A DNA stretch of 64,000 nt from a virus: the IMG/VR virus record IMGVR_UViG_3300044692_000050, positions 38,341 to 102,340 of that record, one strand, 5' to 3'. Shown piece after piece: positions 1-8,794 of the stretch. Positions within the stretch are counted from its first letter, which is position 1. Each line of letters opens with the position of its first letter. The position numbers and the translations under genes are program-made. Below the pieces are notes generated by a model. It worked only from the letters and a program-made list of their open reading frames with translations, was not told the DNA's origin and did not search any database.

Positions 1-458
1 TCATCTCATACTCGGGCGTGCCGTAGGGGCCGAGAAACTCCTCGGACATACCGAGGCCGAGGAGTGCGGCGCGGACTACCTCGTCGTCGCAGCCGCCATG
101 GCAGCAGAACACGACGGGGATCGCGTCGCCGGGCGCGATGGCGAATGACCGGCGCCGGTCGGCGTGCCCCGGAACGGGGCAGCGGGCGTAGTACTGGCCA
201 GGCTTAGAGCCGGGAATAGCGCTCGGCAGGTAGCGCAGCACTTCGCTTGCGAACCACTGCGGGACAGCAACCACACACTCTCCGTCCTATCGGGTGAGAA
301 CGGAGAAAAACGTCCCGAAATGTTCCCGCGCGCCCTTGAAGCGGGCCGGCCTTGCGCGGGTACACTATGGGTGGCTGAATGTTCTTCAACGTTCTCGCGA
401 TGGCCCGGCGCCTATGAACGCCGGGCCTCGCTGCTGTAAAGGGTAATGCGCCCCTGCC

Positions 459-659
459 CTACTCGGGCAGGTCGAACTCGCCGCGCTTGGCGCCCGCGAG
501 GAAGCACTCCCACTCGTGCCGGGTGAACACGTGCGGGGCCTTGCTGCGGTCCTTGGTGTCGCGGACGCCTACCTCGTCGCCGCGGAACGCCACCTCGACG
601 CAGCCGATGTCGTTGCTGCTGTCGCTCTTGAACCAGTGCGCGTCGTTCCAGTCGTTCAT
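459..659 (-). CDS. DUF397-family protein
   Basis: WFKSDSSNDIGCVEVA...VGVRDTKD...FTRHEWECFLAGAKRGEFD is the DUF397 signature; ATG at 659 overlaps the upstream stop (ATGA). Confidence 0.9.
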   Translation of the reverse strand: MNDWNDAHWFKSDSSNDIGCVEVAFRGDEVGVRDTKDRSKAPHVFTRHEWECFLAGAKRGEFDLPE

Positions 660-1219
660 GCCGCGTGCTCCCTCTCGGTGATGTTGTTTGCTGCCACGTA
701 CTCGGCCAAAGGTGCCGCGAGCCTGAGTGCGTCGTCGCGCTCCGCGCAGAACCATGCCAACTCGCGTTCATTACGGGTCATCTCGACTCGCACCACTTCC
801 CCGCCGTCGTAGACGAGGATGGCCGCGAGGTCGTCATCGAACAGCCAGTAGTCGTAGGACGCGAGCCATTCCTCGTACGCCCTCTCACGACCTAGGACGC
901 GTACGTCCTCACCCGCCTCCACCGAGGCCGGGGAAGCGTGCAGCAGGGAGAACCGGACATAGTTCGTGACCGGCTCTGTCACGACCTTGACCCGCTGCAT
1001 GGTGCGGCCGGATGCGCGGACCTCGCGGACGAGCTTCTTCCACGGCTCGCGCCATGCCGGGTCCACTGGCTGCCCGGCGAGGAACTGCGCGAAGGGCACC
1101 GTCTCGTTGTCGGCGGCGTAGTAGTCCAGCGTCTCTATGCGGAAGACGCGCCGCTTGAACAGGCCGGTGAACTCCTGTCCTAGCTGTTCAAGCGTGGTCA
1201 CGTTGTTCAGAGTGCTCAC
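656..1219 (-). CDS. DUF6879-like protein
   Basis: FRIETLDYY...MQRVKVVTEPVTNYVRF...GEDVRVL...DYWLFDDD pattern; leaderless TAGCCT-N6-GTG start. Confidence 0.75.
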   Translation of the reverse strand: MSTLNNVTTLEQLGQEFTGLFKRRVFRIETLDYYAADNETVPFAQFLAGQPVDPAWREPWKKLVREVRASGRTMQRVKVVTEPVTNYVRFSLLHASPASVEAGEDVRVLGRERAYEEWLASYDYWLFDDDLAAILVYDGGEVVRVEMTRNERELAWFCAERDDALRLAAPLAEYVAANNITEREHAA

Positions 1220-1298
1220 ATCACTAGGCTAGCCCCTGACTTTCATTGAGGCCAGCCTTACACTGACTTAAATGACTTAACCCTTTGGGAGCGCGAGC
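1220..1298. promoter_or_regulatory. Divergent promoter region with TGACTT(A) repeats
   Basis: CTGACTT 1236-1242, CTGACTTA 1263-1270, ATGACTTA 1272-1279; minus-strand -10 TAGCCT 1226-1231. Confidence 0.6.
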
Positions 1299-2138
1299 AT
1301 GAGCCACCCGCCGTCACCGTCACAGCAGCGGCTTACCTCCATCCTCAGGGGCCTGCGCGAACGCTCCGGGTTGAGCACCTACGCCCTCGGGAGTGCGCTC
1401 GGGTGGAGTCAATCCAGGGTGAGCCGCATTGAACGCGGTGAGGGCAAGGCGGCCAGCGTCGAGGAGGTCCAGGCGTGGGCCGATGCGACCAGCGCCGACA
1501 CTGCGACCCATGCTGAGCTGGCCGCGCTCGCGGAGCAGGCATGGGACGAGACCCGGTCGTGGCGCGCTTCGCACCGCGGCGGTCTCGCTGCCCGGCAGCG
1601 CGAGATGGGCGAGTACGAGCAGCAAGCTACCGAGATCCTCCAGTTCACCCCCGCCACCATCCCCGGCCTGCTTCAGTCCCCCGCCTATGCCCGGTCGGTC
1701 ATGACCTTCGGGGATGTCACCAGTCAGGGCGGCATAGACGAGGCCGTAGCGGCGCGCATGAGGCGCCAGGGCGTGCTCCGCGACGAGGGCCGCAGGTTCG
1801 AGTACCTGCTGACCGAGGGCGCGCTCCGCTGGAATCCAGGGCCGCCCGAGGTCGCTGCCGAGCAACTCGCGCACCTTCTCGCCGCCGCGAAGCTCCCCGC
1901 CGTCTCGCTGTCGGTCATCCCGTTCAGCCGCCGCCCGGCCGGCGTGTACCTGCACCCCTTCACGATCTACCGCATCCCTGACGCCCCGGCTGTGCTGGTG
2001 GAGAACTACCACGCTGAGAGCTTCATCGCGGAACCCGGCAGTCTTGCCATCTACGAGCGGACGTTCGCCATGCTGCTCGCTTCCGCCGTGACCGGTGATG
2101 AGGCGGCCGAGTTCATGCGGGCCGTTCTTCTCGGTTAG
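1299..2138 (+). CDS. XRE-family HTH regulator with DUF5753-like C-terminal domain (putative repressor)
   Basis: LRGLRERSGLS...GWSQSRVSRIERG HTH; IPGLLQSPAYARSV and VAARMRRQ motifs. Confidence 0.9.
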   Translation: MSHPPSPSQQRLTSILRGLRERSGLSTYALGSALGWSQSRVSRIERGEGKAASVEEVQAWADATSADTATHAELAALAEQAWDETRSWRASHRGGLAARQREMGEYEQQATEILQFTPATIPGLLQSPAYARSVMTFGDVTSQGGIDEAVAARMRRQGVLRDEGRRFEYLLTEGALRWNPGPPEVAAEQLAHLLAAAKLPAVSLSVIPFSRRPAGVYLHPFTIYRIPDAPAVLVENYHAESFIAEPGSLAIYERTFAMLLASAVTGDEAAEFMRAVLLG

Positions 2139-2144
2139 TTCCTG

Positions 2145-2173
2145 TTGACCCTGACTCAAGTCTGACTTACGCT
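2145..2173 (+). promoter_or_regulatory. Housekeeping-sigma promoter with operator-like repeats in the spacer
   Basis: TTGACC(2145-2150)-17 nt-TACGCT(2168-2173); spacer holds CTGACTCA and CTGACTTA. Confidence 0.7.
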
Positions 2174-2219
2174 TGCATCAGGTGGGCATCGTGCTCACCG
2201 GAGACCAAGTGGAGCCGAC

Positions 2220-2513
2220 ATGACGACCGGGCTACGCCCAGCCGCACCGAGCGCAGTCAGCCGCAAGAAGGACACGCGCCTGTTCGTCCCGGTGCGCGAA
2301 GCCGCCGACGCGCTCGGCGTATCGCGGTCGACCGTCATGCGGGCCAACGCGAAGGGCCAGTTCCCGCTCGTCAAGATCCTCGGCACATGGCGCACGCCAC
2401 GCCGCTTCATCGATGACTTCCACCGCGCAGCCCTGCACAGCAAGGTCATCGTGCTGGAGGAGTACGCGGCCGAGTGGATGGAGCGCAACCCGGTCGCTGA
2501 GGCAGTGGCGTAG
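2220..2513 (+). CDS. Excisionase/Cro-like HTH DNA-binding protein
   Basis: VPVREAADALGVSRSTVMR...FPLVKILGTWR (HTH_17/Xis-like); GGAG SD. Confidence 0.7.
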   Translation: MTTGLRPAAPSAVSRKKDTRLFVPVREAADALGVSRSTVMRANAKGQFPLVKILGTWRTPRRFIDDFHRAALHSKVIVLEEYAAEWMERNPVAEAVA

Positions 2514-2762
2514 ATGCCCGCGCAGACCCCCGCAAACGACTTCGGCCCCGGTGCTGTGAACACCGGAGCCGAGATGAGCCGTACCCGCCAATCCGCATCA
2601 GCAAGGAGCGAACTCAATGGGGACGATAACACACCTCGCCGACTATCAGGCTCAGCGCCACACCCCGATCCCTTCATGGGTAACCGGTCCCCTGACTCCC
2701 GCTCAGCTCCTGTTCATCCAGCTGGGCAACGAGCAGTACGCGATGCAGCAGGCGGCGACGTC

Positions 2763-3329
2763 ATGACCCCCGAGCCCTGGCTGGCCGCCAGCCTCGCCCG
2801 CATGGCCTCCCTGGATCTGTCCCCCCGGCACATCCTCGGCGAGATCCGCCTCCGCGAGGAGATGCAGCGCACCGCCACCGAGCCGGGTCTCGCTGAGCGC
2901 ATCCTCGCCCGTTCCCCGCTCGCTCCTGGCGCGTCTCCCGCACCGAACCCCCGCCGTGACGGCGGACGTGCCATGGAGCGAGCGCTGAAGGACGAGGGGC
3001 GCGCCAACCCTGCAGGCGCGCCCCTCCCCGAGCCTGACGTAGCCGCCCGCCTCGACGCCCAGTCCGTAGCCGAGCTTGAGGCTGTCGAGGTGGACGCGGA
3101 GAACGCCGAGTGCGAGCACCGCTCCCTCATCGCCCTGGCGAACACCCTCGCTGAACTAGCTGGGTGCGTCATCGACATCGCCACCGGGGACCTGGACACG
3201 GCCCGCGAGTTCCACCTCGAAGCCTCCATGGCGTCCGTGGACGCGGCTCCGCCCGGCACCCGTGAGGGCGAGGCGCTGGCCACCCTGCTGGACTTCGCCG
3301 GCAACGAGATCACCCGGAGGGCCGCCTGA
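2763..3329 (+). CDS. Hypothetical protein
   Basis: GC3-biased ORF coupled to the next gene; start uncertain. Confidence 0.5.
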   Translation: MTPEPWLAASLARMASLDLSPRHILGEIRLREEMQRTATEPGLAERILARSPLAPGASPAPNPRRDGGRAMERALKDEGRANPAGAPLPEPDVAARLDAQSVAELEAVEVDAENAECEHRSLIALANTLAELAGCVIDIATGDLDTAREFHLEASMASVDAAPPGTREGEALATLLDFAGNEITRRAA

Positions 3330-3457
3330 TGGCCCGCAACGCCTTCAGCGCCTCCGACGCCAAGCAACTCACCTTCCAGCAGGTCGTGAAGCTCGGCCTC
3401 GCCCAGAAGGACGACGCCCAGCGTGACAGCGACGACGAGGAATGGGAGGACGAGTGA
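3329..3457 (+). CDS. Small acidic hypothetical protein
   Basis: MARNAFSASDAKQLTFQQVVKLGLAQKDDAQRDSDDEEWEDE; TGATG coupling at both ends. Confidence 0.5.
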   Translation: MARNAFSASDAKQLTFQQVVKLGLAQKDDAQRDSDDEEWEDE

Positions 3458-3645
3458 TGGCCCGCGACCCGCTCCTCAAGGCCCTGCGCGGAATCAAGCG
3501 CGACGCGAATCGTGACATCCAGCTCGGCCGGGACAACGACGGCGACGAGGCGAACCAGCGCTGGCACCTCGCCGACGACGGCCTGCGCGCCGCGCGTCCC
3601 CGCCGCTGCCCCTCCTGGGTCTGCGGCCAGGGACGGAAGTCATGA
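3457..3645 (+). CDS. Small hypothetical protein
   Basis: MARDPLLKALRG...; translationally coupled, GGAGGA SD. Confidence 0.45.
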   Translation: MARDPLLKALRGIKRDANRDIQLGRDNDGDEANQRWHLADDGLRAARPRRCPSWVCGQGRKS

Positions 3646-3751
3646 AGCCCCGCCCCATCCAGGACCGGACCTGGGTTACCGAGGCGGACCCGGCCCTGTC
3701 CCGCGAGGACGGCCCGCTGCAGGTGCTGAGCACCAAGAAGGGCGGCACGTC

Positions 3752-4369
3752 ATGAGCCGCATGAGCCGCGCCGACCGCGCCGCATGGAGGTCGGCGCGGA
3801 CCCTGGCCGATCTCGGCCGCCTCGGCGCGCAGTGGCTGGAAGGCGACCTCGCCATGCAGCCCGCCTGGCGCGCAGGTCCCGACGAGGAGACGCAGCCGCT
3901 GATCCCGGCGCTCGCCGCGCTCAACCGGGCCGGGTTCTACACGACCGCCAGTTCACCCGGCGACGACGGCACGTGCTCCGGCAACGTGCACTGGCGGCAG
4001 CGGGCGGCTGTCGAGGGCTTCGCCGACGCTGACCTCGCGGGGCGCCTGTACCTGGCGGCCCATGAAGCGGGCCTCATCACCGTCACCCATGACCCGGCCA
4101 CGCTGCCCCGCAAGCACTGGGACAAGGCCCTGGAGATTGCGGTGACCGAGCGGGACGGCAGCCCCTACACCTGGTTCGGCCAGCAGTGGTCCCGCCGCGA
4201 GATCCGTTCACGCCGGCACTGGGGCACCTGCCGCCGCGCCGCGCAGGACGCCCTGTGCTCAGCGTGGCAGGTAACCATCGTGGACCCGGAGTGGGTCCGC
4301 GAAGACCTGCTATGGGACGTCCTGGCCCAGGTCGCTGACGCACGCACCCCGGCCGAGGTGGTGCCGTGA
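3752..4369 (+). CDS. DUF6919-like protein (actinomycete mobile elements)
   Basis: MSRADRAAWRSARTLADLG...WLEG...LAALNRAGFYT...WRQRAAVEGF...AWQVTIVDPEW. Confidence 0.65.
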   Translation: MSRMSRADRAAWRSARTLADLGRLGAQWLEGDLAMQPAWRAGPDEETQPLIPALAALNRAGFYTTASSPGDDGTCSGNVHWRQRAAVEGFADADLAGRLYLAAHEAGLITVTHDPATLPRKHWDKALEIAVTERDGSPYTWFGQQWSRREIRSRRHWGTCRRAAQDALCSAWQVTIVDPEWVREDLLWDVLAQVADARTPAEVVP

Positions 4370-4575
4370 ATCTCCGCGTCGTCCTGTCCGCGGTCCTGTC
4401 CGGCGTGCTGATGACCGCCCTGGGCCACCCGGCCCCCAGCCCGGACCCGGCCACCGTCCTGCCCGTCCTGACCGCCGCCGCAGCCGTGGCGCTCGCCTGC
4501 GCCGTCCTGGCCTGGGCCGCGACCAGGGTCATCCACCGCTACTGCACGCGCCGGTACCTGCCGGCCATCACCTGA
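4366..4575 (+). CDS. Small membrane protein
   Basis: Two hydrophobic segments; overlaps the upstream stop. Confidence 0.5.
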   Translation: MNLRVVLSAVLSGVLMTALGHPAPSPDPATVLPVLTAAAAVALACAVLAWAATRVIHRYCTRRYLPAIT

Positions 4576-4587
4576 GAGGACACCGAC

Positions 4588-4800
4588 ATGGGCCTGTTCG
4601 GCAACAGGAACGCCAACCCCAAGTACAGCCGCATCGACTCATCGACCGGCCGCAACAAGCGGGACAAGAGCCCCCGCCGCGAGACCAGGGTGAACCCGCC
4701 GCCCCGCCAGATGGGCACTGCCAAAGTCGTGGACCGCGCCGCGTGGCGGCGCAGTCAGAGGACCGGCCGGCCGATCCAGCGCAAGACCTGGGGATGGTAG
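4588..4800 (+). CDS. Small basic hypothetical protein
   Basis: GAGGA SD plus ATG; Arg-rich. Confidence 0.5.
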   Translation: MGLFGNRNANPKYSRIDSSTGRNKRDKSPRRETRVNPPPRQMGTAKVVDRAAWRRSQRTGRPIQRKTWGW

Positions 4801-4836
4801 TCCCCCGGCACCCGACATCCCTGACTGGAGAATGAA

Positions 4837-7254
4837 GTGAGCGAGCAGGAACGCCCGGACGTGCCGGACTGGGCAGAAGCCGGGGAAGATGAGGCGCTTG
4901 AGGGTGTCGTCGTCCCGCTGCGCCCCGGCGCGCCCGAGCACGCTCTCGCCCCGTCGCCACGCCACTCCGCACCCGGCCAGCCAGGCGAGCTCCGGCAGAT
5001 CATCCCCGGCCAGTTCCGCTCCTGGGACGCGTTCCGCAAGCACTACGGCTGGCACCTGCACCGCGCCGGGCATCACGCCGCCTACCACCTGTTCCCGTCA
5101 CGGGCGATAACCCGGCTCGTCAACACCCTGCGGTATGCGGCAGTCGGCATCGGGAAGTTGCTGGTCGCGCTGATCGCCTGGTGGCACGTCGCCGAGCAGG
5201 CCTACCTGCGCAACGAGGCGGTCGCCGCGAACGACCCCCGGACTTACCTGCAACTGCAGAAAAACGGCAAGGAATCCCGCCTGACCCGCGGACTGGTCCT
5301 GCTCGCCTGCCTCGCCGCCGCGGTCCTCGCCGGCGCGCTGATCACCGTTCACGTCCCGCTGGCGTGGATCCCGATCGGCTGCGTCGCCGTCCCGCTGCTG
5401 GCCTGGGCCGGGCGTCCCGCCGACAAGCCCATCCTCGACTCTGCTGTCACCCCGGTCCACCTCGAGCCGCTGTCCCGCGAGGTAATCGTCCGTGCACTGA
5501 GCACCCTGGGCATCGGCGAGCTCACCAAGGCCATCGGCAGGGATCCCGAGCGCGCCGTGGTCCTAGTCGACCCGATCGTCCGCGACGGGCCCGGCTGGCT
5601 GGCCCGCCTCGACCTGCCGCACGGCGTCACCGCGTCGGCGGTCATGGACAAGCGCGAAGAACTCGCCTCCGGGCTGCGCCGCTCCATCGGCTGCGTGTGG
5701 CCCGAGAACGAGCGCAGGCGCCACCCCGGCGCCCTGAGCCTGTACGTGAGCCACGAGGACATGTCGCAGGCCTCTCAGCCGTCCTGGCCGCTGGCCAGGC
5801 GCGGCGCGGTGGACATGTTCCGGCCGGTCCAGTTCGCCACCGACCAGCGCGGCAAGCCGATCACGATCACGCTCATGTTCGTGTCCATCATCATCGGGAG
5901 CGTCCCGAGGATGGGCAAGACGTTCCTGCTGCGCCTGCTGCTGCTGATCGCCGCCCTCGATGTCCGCGCCGAGCTCCACGTCTACGACTTCAAGGGGACT
6001 GGTGACCTGGCAGCCCTGCGCGCGGTGGCGCACCGTTACCGGGTCGGCGACGACGAGGACGACATCGAGTACTTCGTCGCCGACATGCGCGCCCTGCGCG
6101 AGGAGCTGCGGCGGCGGACCAAGGTGATCCGCGAGATCGCCGAGAAGCAGCCGGCGCTGTGCCCGGAGAACAAGGTGACCCCGGAACTGGCCAGCCGTAA
6201 GGATCTCGGCCTGCACCCCATCGTGATCGCCGCCGACGAGTGCCAGGTGCCGTTCACGCACCCCGGTTACGGCAAGGAACTGGTGGAGATCGCCACCGAC
6301 CTCGCCAAGCGCGGCCCGGCTCTGGGCATGATCGAGGAACTGGCGACCCAGCGCCCGGACGCCAAGGCCATCCCGCGTGACATCAGCGCCAACGCCGTCC
6401 TGCGGATGTGCCTGAAGGTCATGGGTCACATCGAGAACGACATGATCCTCGGCCAGTCGGCACACAAGAACGGCTACAAGGCCACCATGTTCGACTTCGA
6501 TGACAAGGGCATCTTCTACTTCTCCGGCGAGGGCAGCGCGCCGCGGATCTGCCGCAGCTTCGAGATCGACGGCCCGGCCGCCACGAAGATCGCCGCCCGC
6601 GCCCGCGCCATGCGGGAGCAGGCCGGCCGGCTGACCGGCTACGCGCTCGGCCAGGATCAGGCCGAAGAGGTCCGCTCGTTCCTCGCTGACGTGCTGGACG
6701 TGTTCGGCGCTGACGCCAAGCTGTGGCTGACGACGATCGCCGACCGGCTGCACGGCCACGTCTCGGGCGCCTACCCGGACATCACCCCGGAGGCGGTGGC
6801 GAGCCAGCTCCGCGCCCTGAACGTGACCGTGAAGGACGTGCGGGAGCCGGGCCAGGCGGTGCGCAAGGGCTGCGAGTGTACGGGCGTGCTCGCGGCGATG
6901 GGTGATGCGGTCCCGTCCGACCCGCCGCCTGCGCCCCGCCCGGTGCCGCAGCGAGCGCGCGCCGATGCCGTGCCGGATCCCGAAGCGCCCGCGCCGGCGG
7001 ATGACTGGCCGCACGACTTCCAGGATCTGCTCCTCCATGCCGCCGAGCTCATCATCACCACCCAGCACGGCTCAAAGCAGATGCTGCAGCGCAAGCTCCG
7101 GGTCGGGTTCGACCTCGTGGCCCGGATCATGGCCGAGCTCCAGGCCGCGAGGATCGTCGGACCGGAGAACGGCACGCCGGCGCGGGATGTCCTGAAGCGT
7201 CCGGAGGAGCTTGAGGTGACTCTTGAGATGTTGCGGGGAGCGGTCCATGCCTAG
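4837..7254 (+). CDS. TraB-like FtsK/SpoIIIE DNA translocase with extra C-terminal FtsK gamma domain
   Basis: N-terminal TM segments, Walker A GSVPRMGKT, Walker B IAADECQ, ATQRP motif, wHTH-like segment, then LLHAAELIITTQHGSKQMLQRKLRVGF (FtsK gamma). Confidence 0.88.
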   Translation: MSEQERPDVPDWAEAGEDEALEGVVVPLRPGAPEHALAPSPRHSAPGQPGELRQIIPGQFRSWDAFRKHYGWHLHRAGHHAAYHLFPSRAITRLVNTLRYAAVGIGKLLVALIAWWHVAEQAYLRNEAVAANDPRTYLQLQKNGKESRLTRGLVLLACLAAAVLAGALITVHVPLAWIPIGCVAVPLLAWAGRPADKPILDSAVTPVHLEPLSREVIVRALSTLGIGELTKAIGRDPERAVVLVDPIVRDGPGWLARLDLPHGVTASAVMDKREELASGLRRSIGCVWPENERRRHPGALSLYVSHEDMSQASQPSWPLARRGAVDMFRPVQFATDQRGKPITITLMFVSIIIGSVPRMGKTFLLRLLLLIAALDVRAELHVYDFKGTGDLAALRAVAHRYRVGDDEDDIEYFVADMRALREELRRRTKVIREIAEKQPALCPENKVTPELASRKDLGLHPIVIAADECQVPFTHPGYGKELVEIATDLAKRGPALGMIEELATQRPDAKAIPRDISANAVLRMCLKVMGHIENDMILGQSAHKNGYKATMFDFDDKGIFYFSGEGSAPRICRSFEIDGPAATKIAARARAMREQAGRLTGYALGQDQAEEVRSFLADVLDVFGADAKLWLTTIADRLHGHVSGAYPDITPEAVASQLRALNVTVKDVREPGQAVRKGCECTGVLAAMGDAVPSDPPPAPRPVPQRARADAVPDPEAPAPADDWPHDFQDLLLHAAELIITTQHGSKQMLQRKLRVGFDLVARIMAELQAARIVGPENGTPARDVLKRPEELEVTLEMLRGAVHA

Positions 7255-7456
7255 CCTCGTCCCCGTTTTGTGTCGCGGGACCGCAACAGCCCTGCTACCT
7301 GCAGAAATGCTGATCTGCGCGACGGTGCGCAACGCCCCTCCGCACAGACGGGCCGCCCTGACCTGCGTTGTCGCGGAGCCTGGCGCCGCAACACGGAAGC
7401 CCCTCCCGGCCGCCTACATGGGGGTCTCGACCGATGGCGCTGATGCCGCGGCTACA
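7229..7456. repeat. CCGC(A/G)ACA-like 8-mer cluster downstream of the translocase (clt candidate)
   Basis: Copies at 7229(rc), 7271(rc), 7281, 7327, 7369(rc), 7386, 7411, 7449. Confidence 0.55.
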
Positions 7457-7841
7457 CATCACCTGCTCCCGGTGCGGCAAGCCCCGCGAAGGCATCGTCC
7501 ACGTCTGCCGGTCGAACTCCAAGCGCAAGGCCACCGTCAAGCCGGTCATCTCGTTCGGCAAGTGCTCGTGCGGGAAGCCGATCGGGAACCCGCTGACTCA
7601 CGTCTGCCGCAAGAAGTCCGACTTCAAGCGCCGCAAGTCCAAGGCCGAGAAGGCTGCCAGGGCCGCGGCACGCAAGAAGCGGCAGGCCGAGAAGCACGAC
7701 TACCAGGCCTGCGCGGACAAGGACTGCAAGAAGTCGCTGTGCGTGGCCTACAAGACGGGCCGCAAAGACGGCTACGACGAGGGGTTCGAGGAAGGCTACG
7801 GGGCTGGGTTCGCCGCGGGCTCGGCGTCCGGTGCCGCGTGA
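7434..7841 (+). CDS. Cys-rich basic (Zn-finger-like) protein
   Basis: CSRCGK...HVC...CSCGK...HVC; GYDEGFEEGY tail; start inferred at MALMPR. Confidence 0.55.
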   Translation: MALMPRLHITCSRCGKPREGIVHVCRSNSKRKATVKPVISFGKCSCGKPIGNPLTHVCRKKSDFKRRKSKAEKAARAAARKKRQAEKHDYQACADKDCKKSLCVAYKTGRKDGYDEGFEEGYGAGFAAGSASGAA

Positions 7842-7851
7842 GGAGGCTGCC

Positions 7852-8097
7852 GTGCTGAACCTGATCTTGTTCCTGCTCGCCGTCGTCGTCGTTTACGGCC
7901 TGTTCGTGCTGGTCAAGGCGGACAGGCAGTGCGGAACGTGCGGCGGCTGGGGCAACCGGAAGAAGCGCCGCCGCAACAAAGCCTGCTCCCGGTGCCACGG
8001 CACGGGACGCACGTTCTGGCCTGGCGCTCGGCTCGTCCACAAGGGCGCGGCGCTCGGATTGCGGCAGTTGCGCGAGCGATCGGAGCGTGAGTCATGA
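7852..8097 (+). CDS. Membrane-anchored DnaJ-type Zn-finger small protein
   Basis: TM helix then CGTCGGWG...CSRCHGTG; GAGGAGG SD. Confidence 0.6.
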   Translation: MLNLILFLLAVVVVYGLFVLVKADRQCGTCGGWGNRKKRRRNKACSRCHGTGRTFWPGARLVHKGAALGLRQLRERSERES

Positions 8098-8633
8098 CAC
8101 GCGGAACGTGGCAGGGGTCAGGGACCTGGCAGACCAGCAGCCTGAGCCTCGGCGACCTGGTGAAACCGGCCGCCCTGCTGGCCGTCGCCCTTGCCGTCAT
8201 GGCCCTGGTTGCGCAGGTCATCGTCTGGCTGGCTGTCATCCTCGGCGCCTTTCTCGCAGCAGGTACCGCCGCCGTGGTCGTCGTGTGGCGCCTGACTCGC
8301 CGCCGCGAGGCCCGTCACGCCGCCGAGCGTCCGTTCCTGGTCGCCCGCCCGGCTCCCGACGCCCTGACCACGACGGCGATCCCGCAGGTCACGGCGCCTG
8401 CAGTGCAGGTTGTCGAGCACCATCACTACGTACACCAGGTCATCACTGCCCCGGACCCGGCATTCGCCGTCGTCCGGGCCGCGATCACCGGATCAGCAGC
8501 GGAGGGAGGTGAGCAACATGGGCAAGGACGACGCGAACAACAACGACCAGGCACTGAGCGACAAAGAACGCGCAGGGCTGGACGTCGTGCTGACTGCCGG
8601 ACGGTATTTCGGCAGCAAGGACAACCCGAATAA
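8094..8633 (+). CDS. Membrane protein (Spd-like)
   Basis: Two TM segments, EHHHYVH motif, conjugation-block context. Confidence 0.5.
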   Translation: MTRGTWQGSGTWQTSSLSLGDLVKPAALLAVALAVMALVAQVIVWLAVILGAFLAAGTAAVVVVWRLTRRREARHAAERPFLVARPAPDALTTTAIPQVTAPAVQVVEHHHYVHQVITAPDPAFAVVRAAITGSAAEGGEQHGQGRREQQRPGTERQRTRRAGRRADCRTVFRQQGQPE

Positions 8634-8794
8634 CCAGGCGAAAGGCAAGTAGCCGGGGCGGCCTGCCCGCCGTCCGGGCCAGCCTCGCCCCGGCCTGACC
8701 CCACCAGTCCCGCCGGCCGCACACGCCACCGCTGTGCGGCCGGCGGGATCACGACACCGCAAACCTGCCGACACGACGACGACCAGGGGACACG

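Noticed and set aside
1-440. Short ORFs at the left edge
   Set aside because: Atypical codon use and no motifs; only a possible partial minus-strand gene starting near 49
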